A stretch of DNA of 64,000 nt from Adineta vaga (GCA_021613535.1 CP075495.1:8680001-8744000), one strand, 5' to 3'. Counted from the stretch's first letter, positions 22,810-37,823 are shown. A program made the numbers and translations. Notes: generated from the sequence alone by a model not told the origin.

Positions 22810-24527
22810 TTATTTTCCCCAAGGATAAGGTGAATTAGTCGTTTGATAGTTGTATGCACCTTCTTCATATGGTTCACATCCTGTTTCGGCAGCAAGAGAA
22901 CTTGTTGCAAAATTGTTATATAAAACTTCACCATAATTTATGTTATCCCAATAGTCATTGATTTTGCTTATGATCGTTCCTGCATTATTTGTTCCCCAAT
23001 AATTACCAGTTGCTGTCACATCATAGATACCTTTGCTATCAATGTTATATTGTGTATTTGAATAGAAATTGCTTTCGGAAATGTTCACTGAGTTTATACT
23101 GAGTGGTCTAACTCGAAGTCCAATAGCAAAATTCTTGACGGTAGAACGTGATAGAATTAAACCAGCTGCAATAATGCCAACACTATCCGTTTGTGAAATT
23201 GAACCGGAACGACCGATGGAACTACATGAAATAGTTGATGTACCATTGATTGTTAATGGTGAACGTACTGTAATGTTCGAATACATTATTTTAGCTTCAT
23301 GGTAAGGTAAACGAAGATCACCATCGATAAATGACACATTGCGCATAATTAATGATTTCGGAATAGTATAAGTGAGATCTGCGACACTAACTATTGTGAT
23401 GTTAACCTTAGTTAAGACTGAGTTTATAATTGATATCGAATGTTCCTGATAATTCATTAATAAAGTCAGATTGCCAAGAGTGAATTTGCAATTACGAAAT
23501 GTGATACTAGGTGGCATTGTAGAATAATAAGAATAGTAATAGTAATACAGATTAATATATGCTGTAGTAATATTATACAGAGAAGAATCTTCGAAAATTA
23601 TCTGTGCTGGATTGTATTGTTCATAATTAGAAATAATAGAAATTGTAAAATCACGTATTACCGATTGGCCAACAATAAATTTATAATTCGTAGACATCCA
23701 ACTACGACCTCCATACTTAACTGTTGCATTTATTACATTAGAAGCATTAAGTCGAAACATGCTAACCTGTGTCTGGGCACCGTATTCTATAGTAATATTT
23801 CGAATTGTACAATTATTGATTTCTATACCTTCGTTTCCTGCTTCAGGATAAAATGTTCCGTAGAAAATATTACTATTCAACATACGAATTGGTTCACTCT
23901 CTGTATTACCACTTGATATAGTTGTTTGCGAAAATGAGCATGAACGAAATGTCATAGACGGAACAGATGGAAAAGAAGCACGGGGATAAATACCTGAAAA
24001 ACAAATTAAAATATACGAAAAACATGTACACTCTGTAGTCAGAAGAACTTACCATTTGCTGAGACTCGGGTACCATCAGAAAAAGTGCTTGAGTCTACTA
24101 CTAATTCACCACTATTCTGTTGCAAGCCAGTACCTGAATGAATGATTTGTATAGCACTTTTTGGTCCTTTGAATTGGGCATAGCGAATAGATGTTAATGC
24201 GAGTTGAGTACTCTGGAATTTCAGCATATATTTAAGATCAGTTGCTGATCCACCTTCCAATGTTACTCGCTGTAATGATGTACCTTCAATTTTCAGATTT
24301 CCTTTCACCAAAATTTCAAAATCTCCTTGCACAAAATTGATCACGACGCCAGCTTGAATCGTGAGTGTAACATTGCGCGGGACATGAAGATCTTTCGTGA
24401 GATAATATGGATTAGCTGAACCAACATTGCTCCAAACTGTATTACCAAGCAGAACACCACCGACATTCGTAGCTGCTTCACTTGAACTGCATAGTAGACC
24501 AAGTATAACAACAAAGTATACACGCAT
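22810..24527 (-). CDS. Secreted right-handed parallel beta-helix (pectin-lyase-like) protein, ~552 aa, 2 exons
   Basis: Signal peptide; PYYLTKDLHVPRNVTLTIQAGV and ATGNYWGT...INDYWDN motifs; single intron 24052-23994 joins the two ORFs in frame. Confidence 0.7.
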
Positions 24528-25145
24528 ATTCGAATGATTGATTCGATAGATTTAGTTGTGATTGTGAACGGATCATACTCAGCTACTTATATATTCAGTG
24601 CTTTCGCCACTTCGTTCTGTTTCATCTCGATAGGTAGGAAGACGCGAATACATGACTTTACTTGATAATCATTCAGGTATAATACTGTGTTGTTTAATCA
24701 TTCTTATTTTCACTACCTAACTATGTCAGCTGTCTTCCTAGATATATATATATATATATATATATTAGGAATGTTAGTAAAGATAAATCATGTATGCATG
24801 ATTTATTTATACATATATTGGTTGGTGTGACATAATAGTTCTGAAGACTAGAATACTTGTGTCGAGTTTCTTTTGCATTTACTCGCTTAGTCATTGCAAT
24901 ACATTGACGTAGATATTATATTTTGGAGGAAAAGATGATTTTCAAAGTATATATGACAATATATACCGTAGTAAGATTAAGATCAATCGGTAGATAGACG
25001 TAAGTCATTACTTTAAAGTTCTTATACAGTCACTTCTTAAAAAAGAATTCTTTTCGATTTTTTGAACTTTCTATCAAACAAAATATCTTTATTTTTCAAA
25101 TATTAAATGCACAGAAACTACTAATCAAGAAAAAAGAAACAAATT

Positions 25146-26466
25146 TTAGATGAGACATTTTAAATACTTTTTATGACTAGAACTTAAATTACAAAATGTT
25201 TTCTCTACTTGAATGAGTACACAGTGTTTCTTTCGAATAGAATTACGAATATGTAATCGACATATTTGTTTTAATGATAAACATTTATGAGTATTTTTAT
25301 CATGGATTTCATTTAATAGATTATTTAATTGCAAACAAATTCGCTTCACTGCACGATATTCATTGCATTGATGAAAAATTTCTTCAATATAATGATGACA
25401 TTCATTTAAACGAATCAAATCTGTTTCTGACGGTTGAAAACCACAATGAGTAATTAAATAAGTAAATAATTGTATTTGTTTATCAATTAAATCATATAAT
25501 GCTCGTAATAGACGTGGATGAAATTTCATTCGAAGATCAATTAATTGTTTATTGTATAATTGAATTAAATAGAGATAAACCGGTTCAAGAATGAGAGCAA
25601 ATGGTGAATGAGATAAGAAATGATCTTCATCATTAATATCATCATTGTACAAATGAAATGGATTAAATTCAGTATATTCAATAAGAAAACGAAAACATTC
25701 TATTGAACCACATGGGCGAAGAGATTGATTTTTGAACCATTTGATATTATATTTATCAATCGTAACTTGCCGATGTTCGGCTAATAGACAAAGATAAAAA
25801 ATTTGTTGTTTGTGTTGGTGAGTAAGATGATCAAATGAAAATGATTTGAATTGAACTAAAATTTCTAGAAGATCACAACGATCATTACGAATAATACATG
25901 CTAAAGGTATTTCATTTTCATAGGCTTCTAATTCACGTTGAAGTAAATGACGAGGTTCATCATGTAAAAGATAATTATGCGTTTGAGTTGAACTACTAAT
26001 ACCATCAAGTGATGCACAAGGAAAATATTTCAGAATCAATTTCAAAATATTTCTATCACCTGAAAAATAAGATTGATCGATTATAAGCTTGACATAATGT
26101 CTTTATAATAATTAACGAACCTCTTTCACACGCGACTGGTACAAGTATTTTTCCACCTTCGGTTGATTGATTAATAAAATCAAAATATTTTGTAAAGATA
26201 TTTTCAATAAATATATCTGTTGATCGTTCGAGAATGATTTGGTAGATATTAAAATGATTATAACCAACTGGTATTGGACAGTCGACTAATGATCGATCAT
26301 CTTCAAGTAATTTATCAAATGTATCACAATCGGATTTCATGATTGCTTCCAATAGAAATTTTCGTTTTTCTGATTGTTGAGTTAATTGAACAATTTTTAA
26401 TGCAACATCAATGTATGACCATTGCTTTTTTAGGCGATTTTTCTTTCGATTATAATCTGTTGACAT
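25146..26466 (-). CDS. SOCS-box protein with degenerate ankyrin-like N-terminus (ASB-like)
   Basis: C-terminal LSLKQICRLHIRNSI...LSSSHKKYL SOCS box; ACERGSLIIIKTL ankyrin-like; start uncertain. Confidence 0.65.
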
Positions 26467-26815
26467 GTGGTATCTGACACACAATATCTAAAAATTAAAT
26501 TTAATCTTGGATTTCGGTGAATATCATTGAACAACGATAACATGCAAATGTTCATATTCGATTATTATCTGCGCATGTAAACGACCATCTTTCTCAAATT
26601 GTTGGTTTGATTTAACAAGAATAAAACATTTTGTTTTCATTCATTCATTCATTCATTCGATGGCTAAGAAAAAAATTCATCAAAAAACCAAAAAGAAAAC
26701 GTCAAATAAAATGACAATGACTACAAAAAAAACACTTGACTAATTTTATATATGCATTAAAAAATGACTGAGAGATTATTGAAGAAAAACGTTGACTGTA
26801 AAGAAAAATATACAT

Positions 26816-28677
26816 TTATACATCGCCCTCAACTAGAGGTGTAAGAGAAGATGGCTTTCGTGCTGTTAATAACCCATAACCATTATTTGTTTTCTCGGTT
26901 GCTGATGATGATGATTGTGGTGTGTTTTGCGACGATGGTGGTGGTGGTGGAAAACTTGAAGTTCGACGTCGAATTGACTCGTAACTTTCAGATAAATCTA
27001 CAGGATCCGAGATTTGACGGTCGATTTCAGTTTTCGTTGGTTCACCACCTAATTCGTGTTTACGTTTACGTTTCATTTGTTTTAAATCTTTCGTATAGAA
27101 TGCTTGCCATAAATGATTAATAACCTAAAATTATAATTTTTCATTTAGATTATTATTCAATATCAATTCATTCTTTGATTTACTTCAGTACAAACAAAAT
27201 CACTTGTATTGGATGATAAGAGACGAAGCATAAATATTCCATCTGGTTCAAGATAACCAAAAATAAATTCTCGATACCATCCTTTGACATATTCGGGTGG
27301 TTGAGAATGAAAATCTGTATCGCGTTTCATTAATTGTAAACGTCGTTTTATATAATTATATTGTTTATCAGGAAAAAATCGTGTTACCCATACGATGACA
27401 TCAAATATTGACTAAATAAATAAATAAATCGAATAGATTTTTCGAAGGATATTCAATTCAATACATACGACAATGAATACCATCATATACCAAAACCAAA
27501 TAAAAGTGAAGATCTAAGCAGATGCATTTGTGAATATAGATAACATCCTAAAATAAATTTTGTTTTTACCTGTTGAGAGAATAAATTCAATGGAAGAACA
27601 CATTGGACTGTATAACGATGAGAATCTCTTGGATGAAGGGCTTCTCGAATTTGAAAATCGCATAGAGTCACTTTTGGAAAATAGACTGATTGTGTATCCC
27701 ATCCTAAGTGAAATGAATGAGTATACAGATGAAAATTTTTGAGTGAAATTCAATTTTACCTCGTCCTTGAAGAATACGTTGAAGAACTTGAATACCAAAT
27801 AAATGAAATTCTTGTCCCAAAAACAGATTTAATAGAAAGATTTGACACACAGAATTTGTAATAAACAATGCTTTGGTTGTAAAATATACAATAATCAAAT
27901 AATTACCCAAATATTTACCCATAAATATACAAATCGTCATCAGTATACGTTTTAAATTCATATGTTTATCACGTTCTTCAGCTTGTCGACGTGGATCATC
28001 AACATATTTATCAATTGCTTCAACAATATATTCCATTAATTCATTTTTATGTTTATCATCTTTTGTTGCCGTATCAACAGATTTATAATTAATTGCAGCA
28101 TCAACAATATCACGAACATCGATTCCACTACGACGTGATAACGAACGCCAAACAAGATGCGGAAAATAGAAACAAAATGCTTGAAGAAGTAATATAAATG
28201 GTATCCATTGATAATAACGTAGTTCATTTTGACGTCGTTCACGATCAAATTTTGGTACTTTATGATCGAGAGGAATATAATATGTATTCGATACCCAACA
28301 TATATCATTGACATATTCCTAAAAGAAAAAAAGATTTTTGTTTCATTCTATTACTAAATCATTTCTTCTAATGTAAAGATGAACATGAGTAAAGTTTCAA
28401 TGAATATTTACCTCATAGTTTTTTGTAAACTGTGCAGGAACCCAACCTAATATATAGACAAAAAAATTATCAGATAAAATATGGCATTTAATTTTTTTGT
28501 TTCGATCTTACATTGGATATGTTTTGTACCAAATTGTTTATTTGTAACAATAATTGCAAAAAGAACAAGCATTAAAACGGTATACTTATATGACAGTCGA
28601 TCTGCAAAACTATCATCACAACGTGAGGCACCGAACACAAGTGTCGGTAAACGCGTTACCATACCAACGATATCCAT
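26816..28677 (-). CDS. Innexin (gap-junction protein), multi-exon
   Basis: DDSFADRLSYKYT, IQCWVPAQFT, YYQWIPF, FPRVTLCDF, QCVLPLNLF motifs. Confidence 0.95.
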
Positions 28678-30076
28678 TTTAGCCTTTGTTCTTAATCTGA
28701 AAAAAAGAACCAAATCAGTTAAACTAGTCATGCTGAGAAAATCGAACAGAAATAACATATTCTTTTGCATTCTTAAATGATAAATCAGACACTAAACATA
28801 GAAACAAAATTATAAGCGTTAGGAAAGAGAATATTAACTTGTCGATAAATTATAATAATATTCACGGGAACTGAATATCTTTTTAATGTATCATCATTAG
28901 CAAACAGAAATCATCAAAAATCGATTAAGCTAATTACCTCAGAAAACTATCATTGACTAAGAGTTACGATAATAGTATTGGTTAAACTTAATTGCCATAT
29001 ATACATTAACAATACTTGCCTTTGCACCGTTTACAATTAATATACCTCTATTTTCCATTCATAAATGCAGTGAACATATGAAAAATTCGTTCATTAGATC
29101 GAGAGACTAATACCAAAAGATACTTGATTATTATCAATAATAAGATCATAATGACGTGTTTTTCATTTATTTGTTCCTATAATCAAAGTATCTTTAAGAT
29201 GTCTTATGGAAATGCCGTAGTAGATCAAGATATTTTTCTTTTGAACATGAATCTACTAACCGATTCGATTCACATTTTTTGAAGAAAAACAATCAATTAC
29301 AACTAAGCTTACCAGTATTCTTCTTCATCATATGTTTCCAAACGATAATAAACTCCAGATTATTCGAATAAAGATTTTCCTAGAAGAAACGAAAAAATAA
29401 CAAACCGTCTTTGTTTCTGCATGATCATATCTGAAAAATATAAAAGAAAAGTTCTTTGTTAAATCAAGGCAAAAAAACTAGTTATCGATCAATGCCTTGT
29501 ATGTCAATAGAAAAGAAATCAAATGACAAATCACGATTTCTATTCATTAATCAATTGCTTTTCTTCAAATATGATTCGAGACTCTTGTCATAATTCGATT
29601 CAGTTTTTTTTATAACAATTTGACTTGTGTTAAAAAAAATTATTGTAACTTTCGTAAATTTAAAAGGTTTAAGATTTCTTACCACTTTGTGTTAACTCAT
29701 TTGGAATGGAAAGTTTGTTCTCTTAGCCTTTTTTCTGCTTTCCGTTCATTACTCCGAATGTATTTTGCTTTTTTTTCATCTGATTTATTTTGTCGTCTCA
29801 TGATCAATTGGATGAAAAAATCTTCTATTGAAAAGTATGGGTAATTAACTTATCGTAAATAAATAACTAAACCGACTAACCAACCAACACTACCACTACC
29901 ACAACCACAGAACCATCAAATTTGGTCGATTTGTCCTTAGGAAATGACCAATCAAAAATACTCGTGTGTCGCTAGACATCGATCGGAAGAATTTTTTTCA
30001 GCGTTCTTTCTTTTATTCTTCAAGAACAAGGAATAAAGAAGAACAATTGGAGCTATATCTTTACAGTCAATAATCA

Positions 30077-31238
30077 ATGAATAGTGAACAAACTTCACTC
30101 CCTGATTCTTCTTCTTCCTCAATATCTTCAAAAGATGCTCATCCATTGTCATTACCACTTTTTCTAACAGCTTCATCATCGTCATTGAAGCCATTACGTG
30201 AACGCAATCGAACAAATCTTAAACGACGTATTAATTTATCACGCAGTCAAGTATTGAGTAATGATTTTGAAAATGACGATAATCTTACAACTACAGCAAC
30301 AACTACGATAGATAAAACATCGACAAATATAACTAATTCTCAATCAACATTGTCATCCACACGTTCGTGCTTTTCTTCGCATTTTCTCAATTATCTTTCC
30401 GTTTCCTTTTTAGCATCAATTCATACTTATACAGAACTCTATTCGAAAACAGTTAGTCCAAGAACTCCATCACCTATTCATACAACAGTTACCTGTAGTG
30501 AAGTATGGGAAAGATTAGCTTCCAATGATGAGCAACACACTTTAACATCACCTAAATCATCAACATCAGTAACATCTTCAACGACAATCTCTGTTTTACC
30601 AACACATATTTCTTTTTCATATGATCCAAGTGATGATGAGGAAGGAAATGATTTATTAACTGATGGTAAAAATGATTTTCAATATGTACCTGTCAGTAGT
30701 CAATCGAAACTAGTTCAGTTTCAATTTTTAACATTTGCAAAACAACAAAATTTAGATACAAATAGTGCTACTGATGATGTTAACGGTAATGAAATCGATG
30801 ATAGTGATGATGATGATGAGGATGATGATGATGATGAAGACGAAGATGAAGCAGAAAATTTATATACAGTTTACAATGGTCACGAGATCAACGAAGAGGA
30901 GCAAGAAGAAGTAAGATTGAAGAAAGTCTATTCCATATGTTGTGCATATTTCAAAATTCCTTTAGAATCGAACAACAAAAAAACGAAAACGATCAGTATC
31001 AACGGCGGAATCACTTGATGCTTTCTCATCAGCTCATACTGAAAATGCTGCTGCATCTTCATCTACAAACACTAAAGAACCCTGCACGAAGAAACCTAAA
31101 ATCAAAGATCCTAATGCTAATTTTCAACGTCTAAACATGCGTAAGAAGAATTTTTCGCATGCCAAAAAGCATCAATTTGGTAAAAATAAACGTAATGCTT
31201 TCTATCGTCGTATGCGTAATGCCGGTGGACATAAATAG
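30077..31238 (+). CDS. Low-complexity S/T-rich and acidic protein with basic C-terminal NFQRLNMRKK motif (possibly Sld2/RECQL4-N related)
   Basis: 313-aa ORF plus last exon after intron ~30911-30965, ending TAG 31236-31238; family assignment rests on one motif. Confidence 0.55.
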
Positions 31239-31337
31239 GCTTTCTTACTTGTTCATTTCTTTATTTTTCTCATTAAAAAAAGTTTATTTTTGTCTAATGA
31301 TAAAGTAGCAACAAATATATATGTATCATGTGCAATT

Positions 31338-34061
31338 TTATACTATTGTTTTCATTATTGTTGTCGATGAAGTAATATTAACTTGGAAAAAAATTTCTGT
31401 TGATTCATCATTTAGATTATAAATTTTTGGCATCCATGTCATAGCAGCAAGAAATACAACTGCAAAACCAATTAAATTCATTACAATACCAGCTTTGACC
31501 TAAAATAAGCATTAAAACAGAAGTGAAATTCTTCTTTTTCTTTTGTAATTCAATGTGAATATTACCATATCAACGACTCGAATAACACCACTACTGAAAA
31601 CAATCGAATTCGGTGGTGTTGCTTAAAACAGAATGAGAATAAAAATGATTGTCATTGATGTACGTTTTGTTTGAAATACTTACCAATTGGTAACATGAAA
31701 GCAAGAGAGACAGCTAATGTACAAGGAAGAATAAGATATGCAGGATGAATACCAGCTGAACGTGCCTATAGAAGAGATTAAAAACAAAATATTCTTTTGC
31801 GAGAAAAAAAACCCGTTATGAACAGTTACCACAGCATCAAGTACTGGAAAGAAAATACTTGCTGTACTAAGATTTGAAGTTACTTCAGTGAATAGACCAC
31901 TAATAACAATGATTAAGAATATAACAGCTGCATGTGGTACACCAGTTATAAATTTTAATGCTTGTGCAACACTATCCGATAATCCCTGATTCCTTATTAA
32001 TCAAAAGAAGAAAAAAAGAACAGTTTAATTAATTCTCATATATGAGCATACTTTAAATGCTGCTGCAATAGAAAGACCTGCTCCTAGTAAAAATATAGCA
32101 TCCCATGAAATATGTTTGACAAGAACATTCCATGAAACAATTGGTTGATATTTCCAATTACCTAAGTGAACAGATAACATATAAGGATCAATGTTTAGTT
32201 GTTGTTTAAAAGTACTTTTAAATGGATTAGAATTAGGTATTATTAATGAAAGTACACCACCAAATACTGCAACGGTACTGTCACTGATATAACTATATAA
32301 CAAGAGAAAATATTCAAGCGAATCCTTTTATTTTAATGGTAAGATATATAAAATACCCTTCTCGAAAGAGAATATTCCATCCATGTACGCCACCAAATTC
32401 TCTTGTTAACCATAAAATAATCATGAGTACAAAAACAACTCCTACACAATATTCACTCCAACTAAGTATCAAACAAAGAAATCGATCAAAAACAAAGGAA
32501 CAGAACAAGAATTTATTCGATACTTTACTTCGGTTTTCCAAGTTCTTTGTATTGTTTAACTAACATAGCTTTTAGCTTTGTTTCAATTTCTCTTGTTTCA
32601 GGATCTTTTCGACATCGGCATAATCTAGAGACATAAAACTATATTACATGAAGGAACAACCATTATTATGCACTCTTTTCGATTGTACAAGATTTGTAGC
32701 CATAACCAACATAATATTAGCATTATTATTGCAACTGGCAACGCAAAAAGAAGAAAATTAAGAAAATTCACACGAAAAGCTGTGTCTTTGTATGTTCTAA
32801 AATATGAATATTCAATAACCATTAGGAACCGAAAACAAACTTGTGATATTTACTTTTCAATATAGCCTTTAACAAAAACATTAGGTGCTGTACCAACAAG
32901 ACTTGATAGACCTCCAATAGTGGCTGAATAAGCCGTAGCAAGAAGATACGCTAAGAAAAAAAGGGTCACACAAAATTGGTCATTAATGTTCGATGAGTAT
33001 GACTGAATTACCTTTCTTGATTGCTTCATACTTTTTATGATGTGGTGTAACTACTGGCGCTCGACTTTGTTTCCGAAATGGAAATTGAAAACGTTGTTTT
33101 ACTTCAATCACAACTTCAGATTTTCTAGAATATTAAATATTCATATTCAAAACTGATTTCAGTGTATCTCTTATACATACGGTTCTTCACTTTGAAACGT
33201 ATCAAGAGTACCTTCTTTTGTTGTACGTTCAACAGACATGGTCGTTTCCGTTAATTCAAATGCTTCTAAAAATAATAGATTTCTTCATAAGTATTTATTT
33301 CATCTCACAGATGTGTTACCATTCCCACTAGAAATTGCTTGTTTATTCGCTTTATTTTGATTATGAAAATCTCTTTCATGATGTTCAAGTTCATCACTAA
33401 TGGCTATAGCGACTGGTAACATAATCGATGTGGCAGCAGAATTATTAATCCACATAGAAAGAAAAGCTGTAACCCCCATAAGACCAGCCATTGTCCTAGT
33501 TCCGATTAAAATATATAAAATCTCTTTAAAGTTGATAATGAATCTAACAAAAGAACATCATTCATACCATTGTGTCGATGTACCAACGAAACTCAACACA
33601 AATAATGCTATTCTTCGATGTAGGTTAACAAATTCAACAGCATAAGCAAATGATAGGCTACCGAAAAATAGTGCAATTATATCTTCAGCATATGATCCTG
33701 CCACTGTTTTCGGTGTTAGAATACCAGCCTACACATAAATAAGAGGAATACTGTGAAGCAAAGCGAACAAGAAATAATTATGTTCACCATTGGAAAAAGA
33801 AATATTGGTAAAATCGATGTAACTGGTAATGGAATCACTTCAAAAATCCAATAAATCATAAGAATGAGTACAATATAACCACATTTTGCTTGCTAGAAAG
33901 AAAGAAAGACAAGAAAATTAATCAACATAGATCGTTTTTAAACATAAACATCATACTTGAGATTGATGTACAGTAGGTAAAGGTAGAAGAATCAACGGAA
34001 CAGCTAACAGCATTAATAAACGCCATCGTTGTCTAATCCAACTTAATAAAGGATTTCTCAT
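31338..34061 (-). CDS. SLC13 family Na+/dicarboxylate-citrate-sulfate cotransporter (INDY-like), multi-exon
   Basis: FLSMWINNSAATSIMLP, AYSATIGGLSSLVGTAPN, FTEVTSN, AFMLPIATPPNSIVF motifs. Confidence 0.93.
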
Positions 34062-35398
34062 GATTAATTTTTGTCGTCTATGAAAGTACGTTTCTCTAAA
34101 AGCAGAAAATATGAAATGAAAATCATTAGTTGTTTTCAATTTGTTATCAAATGTCAATATAATCTTTATTTTTACTGATTTACAATGGTCTTTAAAAGTA
34201 CATGAAATAAAAAAAAGAAATCCTTTTTCTTTTATCTATTCTTTTCGTTTCAATCTTAGTAAAATAACATAGGTATGCAAGTTTTACTTGTCTAATAAAT
34301 CGAGTCAACCAAATGTAAAATGAAAAACCCTTTGTACGAAAAGTAACAAGGATACTTAAATCATTTTTATGGGTATACATATGGTTTTAACCTGTGAGTC
34401 AGTAGACAGATTAAGAATTAAATATCTCGTGAAAATACACATATGAAAGCGTATGATTTTATCAGAAAATAAAAACATACATGTCTATTCGATTACATAA
34501 CAAAAGTTATTATCAATAATTAGTAGAGTTAAGAAAGAATGATTTATATCGTAATGACAATGAAATGTTTATTCTCAAATCTATCTCACTAGAAAGTAAC
34601 GAATTTGTATTGTACTTAATTCTTTAAAACAAACGGACTATATGCATTGACTTATGATCAACTTTACAATTAAATCTAGTTATATTTCATTTAAATATCG
34701 ATGCAGTTTCGAATGAATTAATAGACAGATTAAAGAAATCTTTTCACATTAAATTTCAATTGTCTACTCACTAATTTGATGAGTAAAGCATTGGTGATTT
34801 TGCTAAAATATTCAAAAAAACATTCTTTCAAATGAAGTATCATAAAATGATTTAAAAAGTACTCAATAAAACTATCACAAATATTTGAGTTTTGAAAGAA
34901 GCAGTTGCATGTTGTGTAATAAATACGTACTTGTGAAGAAGTGTTACTTATATTTTCACCTGTAAGGTCTGTTATCTCTTTAGTGTGCTGATAGTCGTTT
35001 TTTGTCTATATCCGTAAAATAATATATTCAAAATGGATAAACAAAATATTTCATTTTCTATCTTTTCATATTTTATCGACATTGAGATGAATATCTTATT
35101 TACAATAGGTATTTTCCATCATCACTTTTGCTACATAATTTTAACAAAAAGTATATTTGCTATCAAAGAAGATTATATGAAAATATCTGTATGAATAGAA
35201 TCAACAATGAGGATAATGATTCATGTATTTAAATGTTAATGTAATAAACAACTGAGAAGTAATGCTAATGAAATGGCAAAGAAGAAAGAAATTTCAATGA
35301 TCCTTGAATATCAAGCAATGTAATACATACTAAATAGAAAAAAACCTATTTTTCCCAGTATATAAAAGTGTGAAAATAAACATCTATCCGCCAGTAAA

Positions 35399-36072
35399 AT
35401 GCCGCAGTGTGTCCTGTTCATCTATTTTGTTATCAGTTTATTGTGTATTGTTTTACATGGTAGTAGACATTCTAGTCATACTCGTTCAAATAAAGATGAT
35501 CTACAAACAAAATTTCATCCACGTGCAGTTACAAGTTTCACAACTGCTCAACGTCAGGTACAAAAGCAAATGTTGAAAGATCATAATGCTCTTCGACTTT
35601 TGCATTGTGCACCAGAATTGAAACTTGATGATGAACTAAATCGTTTGGCACAAGATTATGCGAATACTCTGGCGAAAACGAATAAATATGAACATAGTGA
35701 TTTATATCATTTAGGAGAGAATCTCTTTCGGATGAGAAGTAGTTCTTCAATTAGTGATCTTAATGGAGCTGGTACATATTTCTCGTTTCATTATCAACTG
35801 ATGCATGAATATCATTTTTCTTCTTTTTAGCTAAACAAGCTTCGAAGGGTTGGTACGATGAGAATTCACTCTATAATTTTGATAAAGCAGAATTCTCTGA
35901 TGATACAGGTCATTTAACTCAACTGTTATGGAAAGAATCAGAAAGACTTGGCGTCGGTTATGCACTTGGTAAATTGGGATCTGAATATACAATGTATATA
36001 GTTGCTCTTTATGATCCACCTGGAAATACTGACGAACTCTTTCTTGAGAATGTACTCTCAACATCATGTTAA
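35399..36072 (+). CDS. Secreted CAP/SCP (GAPR-1-like) protein, 2 exons
   Basis: Signal peptide, HNALRLLHCAP, GENL, WYDE, GHLTQLLWK, YDPPGN. Confidence 0.9.
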
Positions 36073-36688
36073 CTGATTGTCACACAAAATGATCGAATGA
36101 ACTTCAATTTTTCTATGAAAACAACCTTCGAACATATGTTGTATTTCTATTTTATTCAAGCAAGACATTCTTTCTCTTCATCTCTCATAAATGCATAATT
36201 ACTCATATGAATAAGAGATTTTGCTTATTATCGCATTTTAGTATTTTTATTCATTAATTTCTGTTTATCAATTCTAAATGATAATAAAAATAATGATCGT
36301 CTATAATAATTATCAATAAATCTTCTAAATAGATATAGCGATTATTTCTGTTATGTACGGATTGAAATCGCATTGAATAGAATTGATAAATTCACAGTGA
36401 TTTTATTCAATTACTTGACGATTTCAAAGTTTATTCTTTTGATGAACACATGTTCTCTTCTCTATTAACGAAACATAATTGTTAAGGAATTGCTTTCGTT
36501 TACAGTGCCTGTTTCTACTTTTTCAGCTACTCAGTAATCTCATTTGAATGTATCATATCGAAAGATTTATGATGTGTTATATGTTATTGACACATAAAAC
36601 ACATTAATCAGTCCACTAATATTAAGATTCCATTAATTTGACGTATATATTTATTCGATTTTTATAGTCATTTCTAAGTCAAACAAAC

Positions 36689-37410
36689 ATGTTGAATATG
36701 AAAGGACAGGTATTACTTGTAATCTTTCTGATTATATTTGTGTTCACCAAAGCCAAATGGATTAGTGATGAAGAAGATGATAATGATTCTGATTTCGATT
36801 TATTCCTTCGATCTATATTTCATCATCAGAATTTACGAAAACATTCTCCAGTTAAACAAAGAGAAATTCTAGAATTTACCGAAGATCAACGAAAATTGCA
36901 AGATGAAGCATTAATTACACATAATATTCTGCGTGCTAAACATTGTGTACCACCATTAATATTGGATGATGAAGTGAATACAAGAGCTCAAATTTATGCT
37001 GAATTTTTAGCTATAAATGACACTACTTTATTTCATAGTACTGATCGACTTGGTCAATTTGGAGAGAGTCTATATTCGATAGAACGTTCGCGTCCTATCA
37101 CTAATGTTACAGGTATGCAGTGACTTCTTTTTTCTTCCAATTTAAAAAAAGATTTTACATAATTGTAGGTTTCGGTGAAAAGGTTACACTTACTTGGTAT
37201 GCAGAAGCTGCTTTATATGATTATACAAAGCCAGGTTATGCAAAGAATATTGCTCATTTTTCTCAAATTGTTTGGAAAGATTCAGAACGACTTGGCGTAG
37301 GATTTGCATTCTCAAAAGCAGGACGTAAAATGTTCGTTGTAACACAATATGGACCGCCTGGCAATTATGGATATGCTTTTAGTACCAATGTTTTAGAACC
37401 AACATGCTGA
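36689..37410 (+). CDS. Secreted CAP/SCP (GAPR-1-like) protein, tandem paralogue, 2 exons
   Basis: Signal peptide, HNILRAKHCVP, GESL, AHFSQIVWK, YGPPGN; intron at the same position as in the upstream paralogue. Confidence 0.9.
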
Positions 37411-37823
37411 TTATAACATAAAACATCACTTATTTTCTTTGCTTTTCCTTATATTATCATTTTTTTTTGACTTATCAAAGTCTTTTGAAGTAAATATAAT
37501 AACACAATAATAAGAGAATCCAATTTTTCTCTATGCTTTCACTCGAAACATTGGTAATCGAGGTCAGTTATTCATACAATATGAATAATGTGTTAATCTC
37601 AACATTATTTTTGACATGCATCATAAAGATCAATCGTTACATTCTCAAGAAAGAAAAGTAATATAATCTTAATGTTTTAAATATAATGTACATCACGAAC
37701 ACACAATTGTTCGCGAAACATTAGAAGAAAAATGTCAAATATCCGTCAATGAATAAATAAATGTATACCTTTTTTATTAGTTATTTTTATTGTTTTCAAT
37801 TAAACAAAACAAAAAACAATCTA

